IMG/VR virus record: IMGVR_UViG_3300042469_000068
Location: 20,508 to 84,507 of that record
Length of the DNA: 64,000 nucleotides
Reading direction: 5' to 3' (one strand)
Source of the DNA: a virus
Lineage: Duplodnaviria > Caudoviricetes
A program made the translations under genes and the position numbers. Position 1 is the first letter of the stretch, and the number at the start of each line of letters is the position of its first letter. This document shows positions 57,420-64,000 of the stretch, piece after piece. The notes below the pieces were generated by a model. It saw only the letters and a program-made list of their open reading frames with translations, searched no databases and had not been told where the DNA came from.

Positions 57420-58748
57420 TTAATCTTTCTGCCAATACCACAAATCTTGTTTTGCGTTTTTAATCTCTTTACCAATACTATTAGCGAACTCTCTAACGGC
57501 CTTATTCACGCCCTGAATCCTAGCGAAATCGTGACCAATAATGAATCCGCCCCTTTTAACCTTAGGATAGTAGTTCTGGCAATCTTTTAGAACTTGATTA
57601 TATGTGTGAAGACCATCAATGAAAATAAAATCTAAGGATTCATCATCAAACTTTGATACAGCATCATCGGAATCTTCGTAGATGTGATTATATCTTTCCA
57701 TATACGGATCAACTTTTCTCAACATCTCTGCTTTATTAGCATCACCATCTGGTTGTGTATCATTCCAATCAATATAAACTGGATAAGAATCAACGCCGAA
57801 CATTCTTAGTGTCGGTAAAGTTTGTAGTAAGTATTCCGTAGTAGTTCCTTCAGCAACGCCAACTTCTACACCAACAGGATTTTCAATTCCTTTTATAATT
57901 TCTGGAATATCTTCTCCTGGTAGCCAACGAGAAGCGCCTTCTGTTGGATTATTAATACCACCAGGTAATCTTGAAGTCCATCTAAAATCTATGAACATCT
58001 TATCTTCAATCGTTAGTGGTACAGTTGGTTTGATGTTTGTGAAATAATGATTGAGATTGACAGAGGGATGTGCTGTGTATTTGCCTGTTGCGATATCCAT
58101 ATGAAGACACTGAACATCGGTATTCACAAACACTTTTACATCTGACTTGCGGCAACGATGTAAAAAGAAATTGTCTTCACCTACAAATGGAATATCTTCA
58201 ATACCGTTTGCGATACAACAGAATGGCAAATCAGGGTCTTCATCCTTCATGCGACGAAGCGTTTCTACTGGAATCAACATACAGTCCATACCAGTCTGCC
58301 ATGCTTCAAACACTTGACCTGGCGATACATCTGGAACAATAATATGATTGTCTTTACGAACGCTGATCATAGCATGAGCGCACTTAATGTAATACACACC
58401 AGCAGCGATATGACCAGGATTTGCTTCGCATGTTTTGAGAAGATTTTCAAACGCATTATACGGAACAACTGTATCGTCGCCAATAAAGAATAGATATTTT
58501 GCACCAGAATCTAATACAGAATCTATCAAATAATTTCTAGCAACATCTACCAACATTTTTTCACAGTCAACATAACCATGTGAATGTCCCATGATAGCCA
58601 CATGACATAAACTATATCCGTTAAATGTTTGTGCTGGTGTTTCTTCTCTATTGCGTCTAGGTTGAGCAATAACTACAAAAGGTTTAATATCCGCAGCTTC
58701 AGCTTTAATATTGTGTAATGTTTGAATTATCTTATCTCGATTATACAT
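57420..58748 (-). CDS. glycosyltransferase-like + Methyltransf_24-type fusion
   Basis: ARN, YLFFIGDD, GMDCMLI, GEDNFF; C-term VEVGVAEG, GVDSY, DFIFIDGLH, GHDF. Confidence 0.7.
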   Translation of the reverse strand: MYNRDKIIQTLHNIKAEAADIKPFVVIAQPRRNREETPAQTFNGYSLCHVAIMGHSHGYVDCEKMLVDVARNYLIDSVLDSGAKYLFFIGDDTVVPYNAFENLLKTCEANPGHIAAGVYYIKCAHAMISVRKDNHIIVPDVSPGQVFEAWQTGMDCMLIPVETLRRMKDEDPDLPFCCIANGIEDIPFVGEDNFFLHRCRKSDVKVFVNTDVQCLHMDIATGKYTAHPSVNLNHYFTNIKPTVPLTIEDKMFIDFRWTSRLPGGINNPTEGASRWLPGEDIPEIIKGIENPVGVEVGVAEGTTTEYLLQTLPTLRMFGVDSYPVYIDWNDTQPDGDANKAEMLRKVDPYMERYNHIYEDSDDAVSKFDDESLDFIFIDGLHTYNQVLKDCQNYYPKVKRGGFIIGHDFARIQGVNKAVREFANSIGKEIKNAKQDLWYWQKD

Positions 58749-58770
58749 AATGACTCCATAATGAATATTA

Positions 58771-59928
58771 TCAATACTTATTTAGATATGGGTGTAGACA
58801 TATTGCTCTGGAAAAATTTAATCCATAAATGTTTTCAAAAAGCTGCAAACTAGTTCCAACGGCAGCACCAATTGGCAAAGGATATATTTTACCATCAGGG
58901 GTTAAAATGCCACCGAAACATGCGCCTGATGCTGCTGTAAATACCAAAGGATATGTACTAACAACACCATTTATATCAACTTTTTGACCTCTTGCAGAAC
59001 TTCCTGTGTTTCTAATAAAATGAATATCGCCATTAGGTGCCAAAACTGCGCCAGTATGAGCACCTGAACCTGATGAGTATACCAAAGTATACGTACTAAC
59101 AACACCATTTATATCAATTTTTTGACCAACTGAAGCGTTACCTGGTGCAAAATGTATTTCGCCGTTAGGATTTATTGTTCCTCCAAAATAAGCACTGATA
59201 TTTGTTGTATAAACTAAAGAATATGTTGATACAACACCAGCAGCAGAGATTTTTTGACCTACTGGCGCAGAAGAAGGCACAAAATGAATATCGCCATTAG
59301 GTGCTAGAACACCACCCACGTGTTTGCTTACACCAGTTGTATATATTAATGCGTAAGTGCTTGCAACACCTGCTAATGATATTTTCTGTCCAACAGTTGC
59401 AAATCTTGGAACAAAATGTATCTCACCATTTGGTGCAAGTACGCCTCCGCCATAAGCTAAAGAGGTTGTATGTGCTAAAGAATATGTGCTAACGATGCCA
59501 TTTCTATCAATTTTTTGCCCTCTGTTGGCACTAGCTGGAACAAAGTGAATATCACCGTTAGGTGCTAGAACACCACCAAGATAAGCGCCTGTAGTAGTAT
59601 AAACGAGACTGTATGTTGATACAACACCAGCAGCAGAGATTTTTTGACCTACTGGCGCAGAGTTTGGTATAAAATGAAGATCGCCGTTAGGTGCTAGAAC
59701 ACCACCACTATATGCTGAAGCAACACTTACTGGTAAAGATAATGTTGATATGATTTGATTTGAAAAAACGCTTCCGGCCGAAACGCCTTCATCAAGAATT
59801 TTTTTGAACTGATTCCAACCAGCAAAATCGGTACCAATGCTGCTGTTATTGCCAGAAGGCAAAGTTCCTTGAAGTTCATTTCTAACTTCTTCTACAAAAC
59901 TAGGTGATGATTTACGAATATTTGCCAT
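58771..59928 (-). CDS. 7-bladed beta-propeller repeat protein (paralogue 3)
   Basis: Seven ~43-aa repeats xGGVLAPNGDIHFVP...GQKI..GVVSTYSLVYT. Confidence 0.75.
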   Translation of the reverse strand: MANIRKSSPSFVEEVRNELQGTLPSGNNSSIGTDFAGWNQFKKILDEGVSAGSVFSNQIISTLSLPVSVASAYSGGVLAPNGDLHFIPNSAPVGQKISAAGVVSTYSLVYTTTGAYLGGVLAPNGDIHFVPASANRGQKIDRNGIVSTYSLAHTTSLAYGGGVLAPNGEIHFVPRFATVGQKISLAGVASTYALIYTTGVSKHVGGVLAPNGDIHFVPSSAPVGQKISAAGVVSTYSLVYTTNISAYFGGTINPNGEIHFAPGNASVGQKIDINGVVSTYTLVYSSGSGAHTGAVLAPNGDIHFIRNTGSSARGQKVDINGVVSTYPLVFTAASGACFGGILTPDGKIYPLPIGAAVGTSLQLFENIYGLNFSRAICLHPYLNKY

Positions 59929-59930
59929 TT

Positions 59931-61058
59931 TTAAAACTTATTAAACCAGGGAGACATACATATGCCTTGACTGAAAGGGGATCCCATTGTTGATATCTCT
60001 TGCCCTCTATTGGCACTATAAGCAATAAAATATATGCTGCCATCAGGTGCTAGAACACCGCCATTATAAGCACTGGTAGTGGTATAAATTAAACTATATG
60101 TTGATACAGTACCATCAGCAGATATCTTTTGACCTCTATTAGCAGTATCAGGCACAAAATGTATATCACCATTAGGTGCTAGAACACCGCCAGAATAAGC
60201 TGCTAATGCTGTATAAACTAAACTATAAGTGGACACAGTGCCATTAATATCTATCTTTTGTCCTCTATTAGCATTATAAGGAATAAAATGTATATCTCCA
60301 TTAGGTGCTAGAACACCTCCGCCATAAGCAAAAGAAACAGTATAAACTAAATCATATGTTGATACTACACCAGCGGCAGATATCTTTTGTCCTCTAATAG
60401 CTTGAGCCGGAATAAAATGTATATCTCCATTAGGTGCTAGAACACCTCCAACATAAGCAAAAGAAGCAGTATAAACAAGACTGTAAGTTGATACAGTTCC
60501 ATCAGGCGCTATCTTTTGTCCTACTCTAGCACTGTAAGGAATAAAATGTATATCTCCATTAGGTGCTAGAACACCACCTAAATAAGCATTAGTGGTAGTA
60601 TAAACAAGACTATATGTAGTTACAACACCCGAAGAAGATACTTCTTGACCTCTATTAGCAGTATTAGGTACAAAATGTATATCGCCATTAGGTGCTACAA
60701 CACCACCAAAATAAGCATTAGTGGTAGTATAAACAAGACTATAGGTTGATACAGTGCCATTAGCAGATAATTTTTGCCCTCTGTTAGCACCGGCAGGCAC
60801 AAATTGTATATCACCATTAGGTGCTAGGACACCGCCCGCATAAGCAAGAGAAGTAGTATAAACGAGACTGTATGTAGATACTATATCTGTATTATAAAGC
60901 TTGCCCTTAGCAAAGCTTTTATATAACAAGTTTTGAAAATCTTTCCAAGCAACAAGGTTTGTTCCTACACTACTGTTATTGGCTGTTGGAAGAGTTCCCC
61001 AACCCAGTTCTTTTGTATCTGCTACCCATCTAGGAGCTATGTTAAATGTTGCTGTCAT
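59931..61058 (-). CDS. 7-bladed beta-propeller repeat protein (paralogue 2)
   Basis: Seven GGVLAPNGDIHF repeats; shared N-term GTLP..NNSS.G...W and C-term C..P..NKF. Confidence 0.75.
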   Translation of the reverse strand: MTATFNIAPRWVADTKELGWGTLPTANNSSVGTNLVAWKDFQNLLYKSFAKGKLYNTDIVSTYSLVYTTSLAYAGGVLAPNGDIQFVPAGANRGQKLSANGTVSTYSLVYTTTNAYFGGVVAPNGDIHFVPNTANRGQEVSSSGVVTTYSLVYTTTNAYLGGVLAPNGDIHFIPYSARVGQKIAPDGTVSTYSLVYTASFAYVGGVLAPNGDIHFIPAQAIRGQKISAAGVVSTYDLVYTVSFAYGGGVLAPNGDIHFIPYNANRGQKIDINGTVSTYSLVYTALAAYSGGVLAPNGDIHFVPDTANRGQKISADGTVSTYSLIYTTTSAYNGGVLAPDGSIYFIAYSANRGQEISTMGSPFSQGICMSPWFNKF

Positions 61059-61059
61059 A

Positions 61060-62226
61060 CTAGAACTTATTTAGATAGGGTGAAGCGCAAGTACCAAAAT
61101 CTAAAGGTCTTGCTGAATTTGTGTGTAAAATTTGATTTCTCTCGCCTAAATATGCTACAAAATGTATATCACCATTAGGAGTTAAAAAACCACCTAAAGA
61201 AGCGCCAGTAGCACTAGTAAAAGCAAGACTGTATGTTGATACTACACCATCAGTAGATATTTTTTGACCTCTATTAGCGGAAGAAGGAACAAAATGTATA
61301 TCACCATTTGGTGCCAAAACACCTCCCCAATAAGCGCCACTGACATTGGTATAAACAAGACTGTATGTTGATACAGTACCATTAGCGGATATCTTTTGAC
61401 CTCTATTAGCAGCATAAGGCACAAAATGTATATCACCATTTGGTGCTAAAACACCTCCATAATAAGCATCACTAGTAGTATAAACCAACGAATATGTTGA
61501 TACAGTACCATCAGCAGATATCTTTTGGCCTCTATTAGCAAAATAAGGAATAAAATGAATGTCGCCATTAGGTGCTACAACACCGCCGGCATATAGTAAA
61601 CTGCCTGTATAAACCAACGAATATGTTGATACAGTACCATTAGTGGATATCTTTTGTCCTCTACTAGCAGACCATGGTACAAAATGTATTTCGCCATTAG
61701 GTGCTACGACACCGCCAACATGCATTCCAGTAGTAAAACCGGTAGTACCATCCGATATAACAAGACTATATGTTGATACAATACCGCTGGCAGATACTTT
61801 TTGTCCTACTGGAGCATTGTGAGGAACAAAATGAATGTCGCCATTAGGCGCTAGAACACCGCCAGCATAAGCAGAATAGCCATTATCAGCAGCAATTGTA
61901 TAAACAAGACTGTAAGTTGATACAGTACCATCAGCAGATATCTTCTGCCCTCTATTACCTTGACCATAAGCATAGTGTATATCACCATTTGGTGCTAGAA
62001 CACCTCCATAATAATATCCACCAGTATAAACAAAAGCATATGTGCTAGTAATTTCATTTGTGAATGTTCTGCCAGCTTTCACACTTCGATTTATATTTAA
62101 ACTAAATCCTGTCCAGTCATCTGCTGCTGTGTTAGCATTACCATTTGGAATCACACCGTGAGCAGTTTCATAAAAATCTATTCTGTTATTACTACCGATA
62201 TAATGAGTATTTGCTGAGGCGGACAT
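61060..62226 (-). CDS. 7-bladed beta-propeller repeat protein (paralogue 1)
   Basis: Seven GGVLAPNGDIH repeats; C-term CASPYLNKF. Confidence 0.75.
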   Translation of the reverse strand: MSASANTHYIGSNNRIDFYETAHGVIPNGNANTAADDWTGFSLNINRSVKAGRTFTNEITSTYAFVYTGGYYYGGVLAPNGDIHYAYGQGNRGQKISADGTVSTYSLVYTIAADNGYSAYAGGVLAPNGDIHFVPHNAPVGQKVSASGIVSTYSLVISDGTTGFTTGMHVGGVVAPNGEIHFVPWSASRGQKISTNGTVSTYSLVYTGSLLYAGGVVAPNGDIHFIPYFANRGQKISADGTVSTYSLVYTTSDAYYGGVLAPNGDIHFVPYAANRGQKISANGTVSTYSLVYTNVSGAYWGGVLAPNGDIHFVPSSANRGQKISTDGVVSTYSLAFTSATGASLGGFLTPNGDIHFVAYLGERNQILHTNSARPLDFGTCASPYLNKF

Positions 62227-62227
62227 T

Positions 62228-62701
62228 TTATCCTAACACGATTACTGTATACTGATTAGTTGAAGGTGCTGTGACAAATTCTAGTACAATATGATTTGGT
62301 GTTGTATACTTCATATCAGGATATATATAGTATCCTGATGAGTTTTCTCTTACAGCAGGAATAACAAAAGTTTTAGCAAGATTGTGTGCTACGTTGAATG
62401 TGTTTGCGGAAGCATTGCCGACGTTAGCTGAGAATACTGAAGCTCCACCGCTTCCGCCACCAGTTGTGCCTTGAATACCTTGAATACTTTGAATGCCTTG
62501 TAGACCTAGTATACCTTGAAGACCTTGAGTACCAGCACCAGTAATACCTTGAAATCCATTAGCACCTTGAATGCCTTGAACACCTTGGATTGAACTAGGA
62601 ACAATTTCCCAAGCGCCTACAGATGTAGAATAAGTCCATGTTATGCCACCGCTTGTAAATGTTTGACCGTTCGTTGGACTAGCTGGAAAATTTACTGCCA
62701 T
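62228..62701 (-). CDS. small fibre/adaptor protein with short GXQ collagen segment
   Basis: NFPASPTNGQTF....TW.Y....W head, GIQ repeats, and V.HNL C-domain. Confidence 0.65.
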   Translation of the reverse strand: MAVNFPASPTNGQTFTSGGITWTYSTSVGAWEIVPSSIQGVQGIQGANGFQGITGAGTQGLQGILGLQGIQSIQGIQGTTGGGSGGASVFSANVGNASANTFNVAHNLAKTFVIPAVRENSSGYYIYPDMKYTTPNHIVLEFVTAPSTNQYTVIVLG

Positions 62702-62729
62702 TTTTTATTCTCTTTGTTCTTTCTATTTA

Positions 62730-64000
62730 TCATGGGCCAAACAGGAAAAGCATACCAATTGTAGTTGTCGATGAAGTTCCATACTCAATAAGTGCGCCGC
62801 CAGGTGCACCAGCACCGCCTGTGCCATTTGTAGTTGCTGGACGAAAAGCGCCACCGCCTCCACCACCAAAAGCAAAAGCCGGATTACCCGTAATAGTTGT
62901 TGTGCCTGCGCCAGCAGTACCACCATAAAGACTTCCGCCTGTTCCTGCTGTAAGACCTGATCCGCTATTGCCGTTTCCTGTTGAACCAGCACCGCCACCG
63001 CCGGCGCCGCCAAGAGATGCTGTGCCTGATGCTCCAGTACCGCCTGTAAAAGTATTATCGGGTGTTAATGTACCAGCAGCACTTGATCCGCCTGCGCCAC
63101 CAGCGCCGTTATTAGGACTGCCGCCGCCACCGCCCGTAGCAGAGAATAGAGTTGTATTTGCCTGATTATAAAAAATAGTACTAGATCCGGCAGTACCCGA
63201 AGTAGCACCAGCACCGCCAGCACCTCCATCACCCACAAGAACATTGAATATTGTGCCTGGAGTAGTAGTGATTACTTCTTTGGCAAAACCGCCTCCGCCA
63301 CCACCACCGCCACCGTTATTGGTTACACTTGCTCCACCACCGCCACCACCACCGGCCCAAAGATAAACGGTAATTGTTGTGATTCCTGCAGGAACAACAA
63401 ATTGTTCTAGGGCGTTAACTGTTGTAAACCACTCGCTCGTTGTGCTGCTATAAGTATATGTTAGTGAAGCAGCACCTTGACCGCCGTTGCCGCCAGCACT
63501 GTTCGTATCATCATCACAAGCACCACCACCGCCGCCATAAGCACCACCCGCAGGTCTTGTTCCATTAGCACCGCCAGAGCCACCGGTGCCAATCGCGTTT
63601 AATGCGCCACCAGTTCCGTTTGATCCTGCTCCTAATATTCCTACGCCACCGCCGCCGTAACCTTGACCTGAGTTAGTAGCGCCACCACCGCCACCACCAC
63701 CGCCTGTGCTACTTGCGCCAGAGCCTGTAGTTCCGCCGTTACCGCCTGCGGCTGAATAACCACCAGCACCACCACCGCCTGATCCTGTGTCTGTTGAGTT
63801 ACCGCCGCTATTGCCACCAGCGCCGCCACCATCTCGTTCTGTGCCTGTAGATGCGCCACCGTTTACTGTTGCCGTAGAACGTTCTCGTCCTGCTCCGCCG
63901 CCGCCACCTGAAAGAAGAACAGTTGCTCCTCTTGATAATGTAGATGCGCCACCAGCATTACCGTCAGAGCCACTACCACCTCCATTACCTCCAGTGCCAA
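62730..64000 (-). CDS. glycine-rich virion protein (5' end beyond window)
   Basis: The frame of ORF 62730..63236 stays open upstream (FVVPAGITTITVYLWAGGGGG...), apparently to the window edge; same glycine-rich domain type as 8527..9630. Confidence 0.7.
   Translation of the reverse strand, partial: GTGGNGGGSGSDGNAGGASTLSRGATVLLSGGGGGAGRERSTATVNGGASTGTERDGGGAGGNSGGNSTDTGSGGGGAGGYSAAGGNGGTTGSGASSTGGGGGGGGATNSGQGYGGGGVGILGAGSNGTGGALNAIGTGGSGGANGTRPAGGAYGGGGGACDDDTNSAGGNGGQGAASLTYTYSSTTSEWFTTVNALEQFVVPAGITTITVYLWAGGGGGGGASVTNNGGGGGGGGGFAKEVITTTPGTIFNVLVGDGGAGGAGATSGTAGSSTIFYNQANTTLFSATGGGGGSPNNGAGGAGGSSAAGTLTPDNTFTGGTGASGTASLGGAGGGGAGSTGNGNSGSGLTAGTGGSLYGGTAGAGTTTITGNPAFAFGGGGGGAFRPATTNGTGGAGAPGGALIEYGTSSTTTIGMLFLFGP

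Noticed and set aside
58771-62226. Diversity-generating retroelement target/template repeats
   Set aside because: No reverse transcriptase or non-coding template repeat in the window, and differences between blades include indels and non-adenine changes.
1-64000. tRNA/rRNA genes, integrase, alternative genetic code
   Set aside because: No cloverleaf-sized free intergenic regions or integrase motifs were seen, and core genes translate intact with the standard code.

Overview
64-kb segment of a large T4-like (myovirus) phage genome with essentially all genes on the minus strand. Read in transcription order (right to left) it holds: glycine-rich/short-collagen fibre genes; three tandem 7-bladed beta-propeller paralogues; a glycosyltransferase-methyltransferase; the core T4 neck/terminase/tail/head module (gp13-gp23, gp3-like) with an Alt/VIP2-like ADP-ribosyltransferase inserted after the portal; uvsY/uvsW, gp55, gp47/46; a TAGT/GREB1-like glycosyltransferase pair; a GC-richer early block (VWA-metallopeptidase + CobS/MoxR AAA, HTH); dNMP kinase, gp45, DsbA and gp44; a DNA methyltransferase plus a PD-(D/E)xK-like protein inserted before gp62; regA, dUTPase, PAAR and virion proteins; a 1898-aa Gly-X-Gln collagen fibre with an S74 chaperone; a glycosylation/methylation enzyme cluster; hsp20 behind a ROSE-like RNA thermometer; and pstS. 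The host is probably an alphaproteobacterium (inferred from the ROSE element, PstS type and CTATAT-type promoters). The most notable candidates are: (1) a methyltransferase with a late-expressed, capsid-targeted restriction-like nuclease; (2) a thermometer > hsp20 > coupled micro-ORFs > terminator > pstS relay; (3) a giant collagen fibre with neighbouring glycan-building enzymes; (4) promoters embedded in hairpins and a pseudoknotted, operator-bearing HTH leader; (5) a 21-blade variable propeller array. All calls come from reading motifs by eye; no database searches were run.
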